Shown here: piece by piece, positions 1 to 11,300 of the stretch | Numbering within the stretch: position 1 is the stretch's first letter | Layout: the number at the start of each line of letters is the position of its first letter | From: Macrostomum lignano | Taxonomy: Eukaryota | DNA: 64,000 nt | Assembly (NCBI GenBank): GCA_002269645.1 | Contig: NIVC01003981.1 | Location: forward strand, 1 to 64,000 | Direction of reading: 5' to 3' | Notes under the pieces: model-generated | The model's input: only the letters and a program-made list of their open reading frames with translations | The model's database searches: none | Told to the model about the DNA's origin: nothing | Made by a program: the position numbers and the translations under genes

Positions 1-837
1 GGATAACGGGCTCTTTAAAATATTAAATTTTAGCTTGTCAACAAATATATAGATTTTTCAAATGTGTTCCCACCAAAAACTGCCTCACTTAAACTAGCAA
101 TTAATAAATTATATTTTGTCTGATTGAATGCCGCAAATTGATGCTTTATTTCATTCTTCTGATTGAAATTTGTCATCTTTTAAAGCATTATTTATTTAGT
201 CTAAATAAACCTGGGACAGCCTCTGCAGTCCTGCTTCACAATACTGTCTCCGCCATCTCTTTCCCTACTGTTTCAAAGCCATAAAAATGCAAATTAGTGA
301 ACAGCAATCTGATTACTTGGCCTCCTACATCTATTTCGCAACTCTGTACTCAGTCCCAGTCTCACCAAGCCAGCGAAAAAAGCTGTGCAGGAAACACTGG
401 GTGCCAAGCAGCAGGAGAAGAAAGAGAGAAGTGGCGAAAGAAACGCTAAAGAAAGCAGACAGGAAGAGAGGTGAGAGAAGCAGCAGGCGACGAGGGAGTT
501 GGTAATATAATAGAGGAGAGTAGCTGAGCCGATTGCTTATGAGATTGACTCATAAGGGCCTCCGTCACTTTCGAGCTGTCAGTCAGTGACTTGGGGATAA
601 CTGAGTAGACAGACAGACGGACAAACGGACAGACGGACTGTTACAGAGAGACATTATTGGCTAATTTCAACTAATCCGGTTAAACACTTGTGATTTCACC
701 TGGTCAGCCAGTGTCTCAAATTCAATTAGGTTTAAAAAACAGTTAGAGAATTCCAGTTCCCTCTGTGAAGTATTGCATTGCACTTTATCTGTGCTTACTA
801 GTGCATGCAGAGCACTGCTCATTCACGAATCATTCAC

Positions 838-1100
838 ATACAATTCACAAACCATTCACAAACCACTCACAAACCATTCACAAACCACTCACAAACCATT
901 CACAAACCATTCACAAGCCATTCACAAACCACTCACAAACCATTCACAAGCCATTCACAAACCATTCACAAACCATTCACAAACCCTTCACAAACCATTC
1001 ACAAACCATTCACAAACCATTCACAAACAATTCACAAACATTCAAAAACCATTCACAAACCATTCACAAAACATTCACAAACCATTCACAAAAAATTCAC
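838..1100. repeat. 11-bp tandem repeat (CACAAACCATT)n, about 24 units
   Basis: Direct reading. It explains the spurious NHSQTIHKPFT-repeat ORFs at 765-1156. Confidence 0.95.
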
Positions 1101-1665
1101 AAATCGCCTCGAGAGGAACGACCCGGAGCCAGTGTTTAGAGATGGGATTTGAATAAAACAGCTGTTCTGACTCCCAAATCCCAAGTGCTCAAGAAATGTT
1201 TTGCATCCGCTTAGGAGAAGGGGAAGAGGATTCTGTAGGCGAGCAAGATCTTCATCTGCAACTTCCAGGAGACGGAAGCCGCAATGGCTGGCTAAGCAAT
1301 AAAACCCTATTTTTATGGCCAACCGTATTTGGGATGGCTGGGGAAAATGATGGAAGTGGATTGAATTGTGGGATATTTTTTAGCTCATCAAGGGAAATGA
1401 GGGGAAGATCGGCCCGGGAGACAAATGGTAGAGATTCTGTATATTTGAGGAGGGGGTCTTTTACCCAGACCGAAAGGCCTAAAAAGTGGCTTTAGGCTGG
1501 GATGAGTTCAACAAATATAGACGAGAGATTAAGCGTTTCTGAAAAACTGCTCAGTAAGGGTTAGAGATGCGTTTTGCACAGACTTTTTATATTAGTCCAT
1601 TTACGTGCTTGGCTAACAATGCATGGTAGCGATTTAAATAATATACTATTTCAATCTGCTCCTCG

Positions 1666-2247
1666 ATCCCAGAGCACAGACTAGCAATCCAATTTTCCCC
1701 AATCCCAGAGCACAGACTAGCAATCCACTTTTCCCCATCCCAGAGCACAGACTAGCAATCCAATTTTCCCCAATCCCAGAGCACAGACTAGCAATCCAAT
1801 TTTCCCCAATCCCAGAGCACAGACTAGCAATCCAATTTTCCCCAATCCCAGAGCACATACTAGCAATCCAATTTTCCCCAATCCCAGAGCACATACTAGC
1901 AATCCAATTTTCCCCAATCCCAGAGCACATACTAGCAATCCACTTTTCCCCAATCCTAGAGCACATACTAGCAATCCAATTTTCCCCCATCCCAGAGCAC
2001 ATACTAGCAATCCACTTTTCTCCAATCCCAGAGCACATACTAGCAATCCAATTTTCCCCCATCCCAGAGCACATACTAGCAATCCACTTTTCTCCAATCC
2101 CAGAGCACAGACTAGCAATCCACTTTTCTCCAATCCCAGAGCACAGACTAGCAATCCACTTTTCCCCAATCCCAGAGCACAGACTAGCAATCCACTTTTC
2201 CCCAATCCCAGAGCATAGACTAGCAATCCACTTTTCCCCAATCCCAG
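1666..2247. repeat. 36-bp minisatellite (AGCACAGACTAGCAATCCAATTTTCCCCAATCCCAG)n, 16 units, intronic in the GPCR gene
   Basis: Direct reading; one unit is 35 bp. The last unit ends exactly at the AG (2246-2247) preceding the GPCR exon. Confidence 0.95.
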
Positions 2248-2787
2248 GACTCCAAGGCCAGCTCGGACAAGCGCCGCGAGAACAAGCGCCGTCAGCGCAC
2301 CAAAGTGACGAAGATGGTGATGGTGGTGACGTCACTATACGGCATCTGCTGGTTCCCCACCGAGCTGATCAATTTCTGGTACCACGTGCTCCGGCACACT
2401 TTCCCATTCAGCAACGCCATGCTGGTGGTGAAGATCTGCGCCACCGCTCTGCACTATGCCTCCTGCTGCGTGAACCCCATCGTGTACTCCATGCTGAGCG
2501 GCTCGTTCAGGGCCGCCATAGCCAAGCAGTTCCCGACTTTCTGCCAGCAGCGCGGAGCCAAAGCTGGCGGCCGCAGGCAGCAGCAGCCGCAGCAGCAGCC
2601 CGGACGCTCCGATGAGGCCGAGATGGAGCGAGCCGCTACGGCCGTGTCAGCCGTGGGCGGCGGCGCCAGTCGCAAGCGGAACTCGGACTCGGACTCGGAC
2701 GTGTCCGGACGGGCGGCGCAGCGTCTGCTGTTGGACAACTGTGACATCAGCGGACAGGGCCCGGCCTGCCAGATCACCGCGCTGTGA
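2248..2787 (+). CDS. Terminal exon (ICL3, TM6, TM7, C-tail) of a class A rhodopsin-family GPCR, neuropeptide-receptor-like (galanin/allatostatin-A type)
   Basis: Acceptor ttttccccaatcccAG|GAC is in frame with ORF 2305-2787. It reads DSKASSDKRRENKRRQRTKVTKMVMVVTSLYGICWFP (basic ICL3 end plus the TM6 CWxP motif), then HYASCCVNPIVYSMLSGSFR (TM7 NPxxY plus helix 8). The subfamily call is resemblance only, and upstream exons were not found in the window. Confidence 0.88.
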   Translation, partial: DSKASSDKRRENKRRQRTKVTKMVMVVTSLYGICWFPTELINFWYHVLRHTFPFSNAMLVVKICATALHYASCCVNPIVYSMLSGSFRAAIAKQFPTFCQQRGAKAGGRRQQQPQQQPGRSDEAEMERAATAVSAVGGGASRKRNSDSDSDVSGRAAQRLLLDNCDISGQGPACQITAL

Positions 2788-2999
2788 CTCCGGGCGGTTC
2801 CAGGTGGCCGCTTCTGGAAGGCAATTTGAAAAATATTTGTGAGGAAAGATTCCCAGTCTGAGTATGGGGAACCCAGGTATGATAATTGATATTTTTTCTG
2901 CTAGCCAGCGATGGTTAATTATTGGATTTCTGTCCCCACTCAAAGTATTCGCGTCACATCTACCTGTAGCCCTCCAAATTCAAATAGCTCTAATGCCCT

Positions 3000-4947
3000 C
3001 AGCTCCCTTGTCACTCGCTTTTATCTGTGCCCCCTTATCTCTGGTCACTCGCTTTTATCTGTGCCCCCTTATCTCTTGTCAATCGCTTTTATCTGTGCCC
3101 CCTTATCTCTTGTCAATCGCTTTTATCTGTGCCCCCTTATCTCTTGTCAATCGCTTTTATCTGTGCCCCCTTATCTCTTGTCAATCGCTTTTATCTGTGC
3201 CCCTTATCTCTTGTCAATCGCTTTTATCTGTGCCCCTTATCTCTTGTCAATCGCTTTTATCTGTGCCCCCTTATCTCTGGTCACCCACTTTTATCTGTGC
3301 CCCCTTATCTCTGGTCAGCCGCTTTTATCTGTGCCCCTTATCTCTTGTCAATCGGTTTTATCTGTGCCCCCCTTATCTCTTGTCAATCGCTTTTATCTGT
3401 GCCCCTTATCTCTGGTCAGCCGCTTTTATCTGTGCCCCTTTATCTCTGGTCAGCCGCTTTTATCTGTGCCCCCTTATCTCTTGTCAATCGGTTTTATCTG
3501 TGCCCCCTTATCTCTGGTCAGCCGCTTTTATCTGTGCCCCCTTATCTCTGGTCAGCCGCTTTTATCTGTGTCCCCTTATCTCTTGTCAATCGGTTTTATC
3601 TGTGCCCCCTTATCTCTGGTCAGCCGCTTTTATCTGTGCCCCCTTATCTCTGGTCAGCCGCTTTTATCTGTGCCCCCTTATCTCTGGTCAGCCGCTTTTA
3701 TCTGTGCCCCCTTATCTCTTGTCAATCGGTTTTATCTGTGCCCCCTTATCTCTGGTCAGCCACTTTTATCTGTGCCCCTTATCTCTTGTCAATCGGTTTT
3801 ATCTGTGCCCCCTTATCTCTTGTCAATCGGTTTTATCTGTGCCCCCTTATCTCTGGTCAGCCGCTTTTATCTGTGCCCCCTTATCTCTTGTCAATCGGTT
3901 TTATCTGTGCCCCCTTATCTCTGGTCAGCCACTTTTATCTGTGCCCCCTTATCTCTTGTCAATCGGTTTTATCTGTGCCCCCTTATCTCTGGTCAGCCAC
4001 TTTTATCTGTGCCCCCTTATCTCTGGTCAGCCGCTTTTATCTGTGTCCCCTTATCTCTTGTCAATCGGTTTTATCTGTGCCCCCTTATCTCTGGTCAGCC
4101 GCTTTTATCTGTGCCCCCTTATCTCTGGTCAGCCGCTTTTATCTGTGCCCCTTTATCTCTGGTCAGCCGCTTTTATCTGTGCCCCCTTATCTCTTGTCAA
4201 TCGGTTTTATCTGTGCCCCCTTATCTCTGGTCAGCCACTTTTATCTGTGCCCCCTTATCTCTGGTCACTCGCTTTTATCTGTGCCCCCTTATCTCTGGTC
4301 ACCCACTTTTATCTGTGCCCCCTTATCTCTGGTCACCCACTTTTATCTGTGCCCCCTTATCTCTGGTCACCCACTTTTATCTGTGCCCCCTTATCTCTTG
4401 TCAATCGGTTTTATCTGTGCCCCCTTATCTCTGGTCACCCACTTTTATCTGTGCCCCCTTATCTCTGTTCACCCACTTTTATCTGTGCCCCCTTATCTCT
4501 GGTCAGCCACTTTTATCTGTGCCCCCTTATCTCTTGTCAGCCGCTTTTATCTGTGCCCCTTATCTCTTGTCAATCGGTTTTATCTGTGCCCCCTTATCTC
4601 TTGTCAATCGGTTTTATCTGTGCCCCCTTATCTCTTGTCAATCGGTTTTATCTGTGCCCCCTTATCTCTGGTCACCCACTTTTATCTGTGCCCCCTTATC
4701 TCTGTTCACCCACTTTTATCTGTGCCCCCTTATCTCTGGTCACCCACTTTTATCTGTGCCCCCTTATCTCTTGTCAATCGGTTTTATCTGTGCCCCCTTA
4801 TCTCTGGTCACCCACTTTTATCTGTGCCCCCTTATCTCTGTTCACCCACTTTTATCTGTGCCCCCTTATCTCTGGTCACCCACTTTTATCTGTGCCCCCC
4901 TTATCTCTTGTCAATCGGTTTTATCTGTGCCATCAGCTCCCTTGTCA
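3000..4947. repeat. About 34-bp minisatellite (GCTTTTATCTGTGCCCCCTTATCTCTTGTCAATC and variants), about 56 units
   Basis: Direct reading. Flanked by the direct repeat CAGCTCCCTTGTCA at 3000-3013 and 4934-4947. It explains the three 650-695 aa pseudo-ORFs. Confidence 0.95.
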
Positions 4948-5983
4948 TTAGCCACGCCAGAAATCACCGTAAATTATTCATTTAATTTCCCTCCCTAAAG
5001 TAACTGACTGTTGTTCCAAGTTGAAAAGTGAAAAAAGTCAAAACTGGATTGTACAAGCTATTTTTTAAGTCGTAAACATGCAAGATTTTATTGTTCTCTA
5101 GATAGCTATTTTTTATGAAATGTTATTGACTCGAACGAAGGTTTTGTCATGCTAGTGGATCACTGTTTATAGTCTGTTTTGTGCTCGCTTTTATTGAGGA
5201 ACAAATGGATTTCTGAACTCATTTTTTATTGTCCGTACAGAATCTCTGAATAAAAAATCATACATCAGTTTTAGAGCCGCTGTAATCAAAAAAGCTAATT
5301 TTGTCCAACCGTCAACTTTCGATGTAGTTTCGTCGTATAAATCAATGATTGTCTAAAAAACGAAAAAATACAATCGTGCGTTGTATGTAAAAGTTAAAAA
5401 ACTCTAGCTATTTGCTCAGTGACAATCGTAAATCCTTTTCTGCATCAGAGAGGCTGGGATGCATCGCTTAGCTCAGCCAATGAAGCTCAGTGAGACTCGG
5501 CTTTTTCCAAGACTCCCATTTAGGCGGATACTGAAATTGAAGTATCATAAAGTTGTAGTGGATGGAGGGGAGGCAGCAGATGGAGGGATGCAGGGGAAAA
5601 TCCTCATAGGTTGGCAGAGCGAATGTCAGACGATTTTTCAGACAATATGCCCTTGTGCAAATTTCAGACAATACATGTGTATAATTAGTCTGAAATTTGC
5701 TCAGCCAGTTTTTGAAAAAATTGAGAATGAAAGGAACATAAAAATAAAGCAATCAAAGCACTGATCGCCGCCAGAAATCCGTCTGAAGTTCCGACGTTCT
5801 GCATCGGATGGCAACAGAGAATCGAGTCGGGTAGACAAAGGTTCGAGCCAGTACAGAGTTAAAGCAGCTGGTTCCATGAGAGAGTGGAATTGTGTAAATG
5901 ATGATCCAAATAGATATTAAAGTACCCTTTTTGAAGGAGAGATCATTGTCGCGATCTTTTGGAGGGTCTTCCAAGAATTCGCG

Positions 5984-6683
5984 ACACACACAAACTGACG
6001 ACTCCAACTCAAGTCAGCCTTGAGCTTCAATTCCAACACACAAACTGACGACTCCAACTCAAGTCAGCCTTGAGCTTCAATTCCAACACACAAACTGACG
6101 ACTCCAACTCAAGTCAGCCTTGAGCTTCAATTCCAACACACAAACTGACGACTCCAACTCAAGTCAGCCTTGAGCTTCAATTCCAACACACAAACTGACG
6201 ACTCCAACTCAAGTCAGCCTTGAGCTTCAATTCCAACACACAAACTGACGACTCCAACTCAAGTCAGCCTTGAGCTTCAATTCCAACACACAAACTGACG
6301 ACTCCAACTCAAGTCAGCCTTGAGCTTCAATTCCAACACACAAACTGACGACTCCAACTCAAGTCAGCCTTGAGCTTCAATTCCAACACACAAACTGACG
6401 ACTCCAACTCAAGTCAGCCTTGAGCTTCAATTCCAACACACAAACTGACGACTCCAACTCAAGTGAGCCTTGAGCTTCAATTCCAACACACAAACTGACG
6501 ACTCCAACTCAAGTCAGCCTTGAGCTTCAATTCCAACACACAAACTGACGACTCCAACTCAAGTCAGCCTTGAGCTTCAATTCCAACACACAAACTGACG
6601 ACTCCAACTCAAGTCAGCCTTGAGCTTCAATTCCAACACACAAACTGACGACTCCAACTCAAGTCAGCCTTGAGCTTCAACTC
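5984..6683. repeat. 50-bp near-perfect tandem repeat (ACTCCAACTCAAGTCAGCCTTGAGCTTCAATTCCAACACACAAACTGACG)x14
   Basis: Period is exactly 50 (6001, 6051 ... 6651). I saw only one internal substitution (6465). Each unit holds a CTCAAG-5nt-CTTGAG hairpin. Confidence 0.97.
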
Positions 6684-7197
6684 CAAGACCAGGGAAGTCG
6701 CCCAGAGCAGTCGCTCGGCTTTCCAAGAAGATGAAGCGCTCCCAACAGGAAGGGAAGCTGAGGAGAAATGACTCTACAGGCTCCGGTTTTGATTGATTGG
6801 CGGTGGTCCCAGATTCGCCCCATCCCCCCCGAGGCATCCTGTTTGTCCGGAGCTCAGCGGTGAGCAGACTTCTGAAATTCTGACGCATAGAACCTTTTCC
6901 AAGATTCACCGGTAGCCCGCATCGCTCTGTGGATGTCTCTCATAGTTTTTCCAGGGCAAACATCAGTGCGGCTGGAGCGGCTGCATCAGCGCTGAAACTG
7001 ATGCTGAGCCTGCATGGCAACAGGAGGCTGCCAGAGATGTGTGCCGATAGATGAAAATTTCTGCGTTGGCAGGATTTTTCTGTGTGTGACTAGACTGTCT
7101 AGCTCGAGCTGAAATTTTATCCTGCTAAATTCAATAGAAGTCGGGGTAGCTTGAGCATATTAAATAACTTTTGGATAGTTGCCAAGCAGTGGGTAAA

Positions 7198-7680
7198 TTG
7201 GTTGCTAGACAGCCAGTAGCTTGGTTGCTAGACAGCCAGTAGCTTGGTTGCTAGGAAGAGATCGAGTAGCGTGGTTGCTAGGCAGCGAGTAGCTTGGTTG
7301 CTAGGCAGAGATCGAATAGCTTGGTTGCTAGGCAGGCAGTACATGTAGCTTGGTTGCTAGACAGCCAGTAGCTTGGTTGCTAGGCAGGCAGTACATGTAG
7401 CTTGGTTGCTAGACAGCCAGTAGCTTGGTTGCTAGGCAGGCAGTACATGTAGCTTGGTTGCTAGACAGCCAGTAGCTTGGTTGCTAGGAGGGCAGTACAT
7501 GTAGCTTGGTTGCTAGACAGCCAGTAGCTTGGTTGCTAGGCAGGCAGTACATGTAGCTTGGTTGCTAGACAGCCAGTAGCTTGGTTGCTAGACAGCCAGT
7601 AGCTTGGTTGCTAGGCAGAGAGTAGCTTGGTTGCTAGGCAGCGAGTGGTTTGGTGGCTGAGCAGCGAATAGTTTGATTGC
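7198..7680. repeat. Minisatellite with core GTAGCTTGGTTGCTAG; 23-bp and 29-bp units alternate as 52-bp dimers in the middle
   Basis: Direct reading. Confidence 0.9.
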
Positions 7681-8379
7681 TAGATCTAGGATCAATAAAA
7701 ATGCTCCTAATGATCAAATGCCACTATTGTTATTGTTTAAAAGTGCACAAAGTAAGCCTGAACTGAATGAAAGCTGTGCTAAACAGAAGTTGCTAAGATT
7801 TATCGGCGCCATCAAATGCCTGATTAACGGAGACCAGTGACGCTGGTGGAGGCTTTGAATTGACTCTTCAGCTCACTCACTGCAGACGACAATAGGACAA
7901 GATGAGAGCGACTGAAGCATCATGGCGTCAGTGGGCAGCGATAGTCGACAGGGCGGGATGCGAGACTTGAAGGCGCCGTGTGACCCCTGAGGGGGGGGGG
8001 CTTAGAATTCAAGCTTAAGACCCCAGCTTAATGGAATGATAAACTGATACCTGAATACCCAATCGCGTCACTTCATCAAACTTCAGTGCCAATTTCATTA
8101 TCGTTATTTTTCCCAATTATCCCTCTCAGGCACACAGAGGGATTAAATCAGTCAATTTCCTGTATAAATCAGAGTCCTAAAATCTCTTCCATTTCCCCTC
8201 TGCGCTCAATGCTTTCTCAGGCTGTTTCTAGCTGCCGTCAGAGAAGTTGAGGTCCCAGACTCTGGTTACGCCTTGACAACCATGACAGAGTTGTGCTAAA
8301 GTACACTTTGCTTTAAAAAATTGAAACTTCTAAGCAAAAGTAAGACAGCTGGTTTCTCGAAATACTGTAGTGAGCTCAT

Positions 8380-11300
8380 CCGAAGCGAGCCGACCAGGAC
8401 ACAAACCCAGCCGAAGCGAACAGATCAGGACACAAACCTAGCAGGATCAGACCAAGGACACAAACCTAGCAGGAGCGAACAGATCAGGACACAAACCTAG
8501 CCGAAGCCAGCAGACCAGAACACAAACCTAGCCAAAGCCAGCAGACCAGGACACAAACCTAGCCGAAGCCAGCAGACCAGGACACAAACCTAGCCGAAGC
8601 CAGCAGACCAAGGACACAAACCTAGCAGGAGCGAGCAGACCAAGGACACAAACCCAGCAGGAGCGAGCAGACCAGGACACAAACCCAGCAGAAGCGAGCA
8701 GACCAAGGACACAAACCCAGCAGAAGCGAGCAGACCAAGGACACAAACCCAGCAGAAGCGAGCAGACCAGGACACAAACCTAGCAGGAGCGAGCAGACCA
8801 GGACACAAACCTAACCGAAGCCAGCAGACCAAGGACACAAACCTAGCCGAAGCGAGCAGACCAGGACACAAACCTAGCCGAAGCGAGCAGACCAGGACAC
8901 AAACCTAGCCGAAGCCAGCAGACCAGGACACAAACCTAGCCGAAGCCAGCAGACAAGGACACAAACCTAGCCGAAGCCAGCAGACCAGGACACAAACCTA
9001 GCAGGAGCGAGCAGACCAAGGACACAAACCCAGCAGGAGCGAGCAGACCAGGACACAAACCTAGCAGAAGCGAGCAGACCAAGGACACAAACCCAGCAGA
9101 AGCGAGCAGACCAGGACACAAACCTAGCAGGAGCGAGCAGACCAGGACACAAACCTAGCCGAAGCCAGCAGACCAAGGACACAAACCTAGCCGAAGCCAG
9201 CAGACCAGGACACAAACCTAGCCGAAGCCAGCAGACCAGGACACAAACCTAGCCGAAGCCAGCAGACCAGGACACGAACCTAGCCGAAGCCAGCAGACCA
9301 GGACACAAACCCAGCAGAAGCGAGCAGACCAGAACACAAACCTAGCCGAAGCCAGCAGACCAGAACACAAACCTAGCCGAAGCCAGCAGACCAGGACACA
9401 AACCTAGCCGAAACCAGCAAACCAGGACACAAACCTAGCCGAAGCCAGCAGACCACGACACAAACCTAGCCGAAGCGAGCAGACCAGGACACAAACCTAG
9501 CCGAAGCCAGCAGACCACGACACAAACCTAGCCGAAGCCAGCAGACCAAGGACACAAACCTAGCAGGAGCGAGCAGACCAAGGACACAAACCTAGCAGGA
9601 GCGAGCAGACCAAGGACACAAACCCAGCAGGAGCGAGCAGACCAGGACACAAACCCAGCAGAAGCGAGCAGACCAAGGACACAAACCCAGCAGAAGCGAG
9701 CAGACCAAGGACACAAACCCAGCAGAAGCGAGCAGACCAGGACACAAACCTAGCAGGAGCGAGCAGACCAGGACACAAACCTAACCGAAGCCAGCAGACC
9801 AAGGACACAAACCTAGCCGAAGCGAGCAGACCAGGACACAAACCTAGCCGAAGCGAGCAGACCAGGACACAAACCTAGCCGAAGCCAGCAGACCAGGACA
9901 CAAACCTAGCCGAAGCCAGCAGACAAGGACACAAACCTAGCCGAAGCCAGCAGACCAGGACACAAACCTAGCAGGAGCGAGCAGACCAAGGACACAAACC
10001 CAGCAGGAGCGAGCAGACCAGGACACAAACCTAGCAGAAGCGAGCAGACCAAGGACACAAACCCAGCAGAAGCGAGCAGACCAGGACACAAACCTAGCAG
10101 GAGCGAGCAGACCAGGACACAAACCTAGCCGAAGCCAGCAGACCAAGGACACAAACCTAGCCGAAGCCAGCAGACCAGGACACAAACCTTGCCGAAGCCA
10201 GCAGACCAGGACACAAACCTAGCAGAAGCCAGCAGACCAGGACACAGACCCAGCAGAAGCGAGCAGACCAGAACACAAACCTAGCCGAAGCCAGCAGACC
10301 AGAACACAAACCTAGCCGAAGCCAGCAGACCAGGACACAAACCTAGCCGAAGCCAGCAGACCAGGACACAAACCTAGCCGAAGCCAGCAGACCAGGACAC
10401 AAACCTAGCCGAAGCCAGCAGACCAGGACACAAACCTAGCCGAAGCGAGCAGACCAGGACACAAACCTAGCCGAAGCCAGCAGACCAGGACACAAACCTA
10501 GCCGAAGCCAGCAGACAAGGACACAAACCTAGCCGAAGCCAGCAGACCAGGACACAAACCTAGCAGGAGCGAGCAGACCAAGGACACAAACCCAGCAGGA
10601 GCGAGCAGACCAGGACACAAACCTAGCAGAAGCGAGCAGACCAAGGACACAAACCCAGCAGAAGCGAGCAGACCAGGACACAAACCTAGCAGGAGCGAGC
10701 AGACCAGGACACAAACCTAGCCGAAGCCAGCAGACCAAGGACACAAACCTAGCCGAAGCCAGCAGACCAGGACACAAACCTAGCCGAAGCCAGCAGACCA
10801 GGACACAAACCTAGCCGAAGCCAGCAGACCAGGACACGAACCTAGCCGAAGCCAGCAGACCAGGACACAAACCCAGCAGAAGCGAGCAGACCAGAACACA
10901 AACCTAGCCGAAGCCAGCAGACCAGAACACAAACCTAGCCGAAGCGAGCAGACCAGGACACAAACCTAGCCGAAGCCAGCAGACCAGGACACAAACCTAG
11001 CCGAAGCCAGCAGACAAGGACACAAACCTAGCCGAAGCCAGCAGACCAGGACACAAACCTAGCAGGAGCGAGCAGACCAAGGACACAAACCCAGCAGGAG
11101 CGAGCAGACCAGGACACAAACCTAGCAGAAGCGAGCAGACCAAGGACACAAACCCAGCAGAAGCGAGCAGACCAGGACACAAACCTAGCAGGAGCGAGCA
11201 GACCAGGACACAAACCTAGCCGAAGCCAGCAGACCAAGGACACAAACCTAGCCGAAGCCAGCAGACCAGGACACAAACCTTGCCGAAGCCAGCAGACCAG

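Noticed and set aside
287-505. Basic ORF, possibly a LINE ORF2 linker remnant
   Set aside because: Only compositional resemblance; no diagnostic motif.
2864-4998. Three 650-695 aa ORFs
   Set aside because: They are stop-free translations of a 34-bp array, open in all three frames, with no domain content.
5984-6683. CRISPR-like array (regular period, palindromic repeat)
   Set aside because: Units are head-to-tail identical with no unique spacers, there are no cas genes, and the context is eukaryotic.
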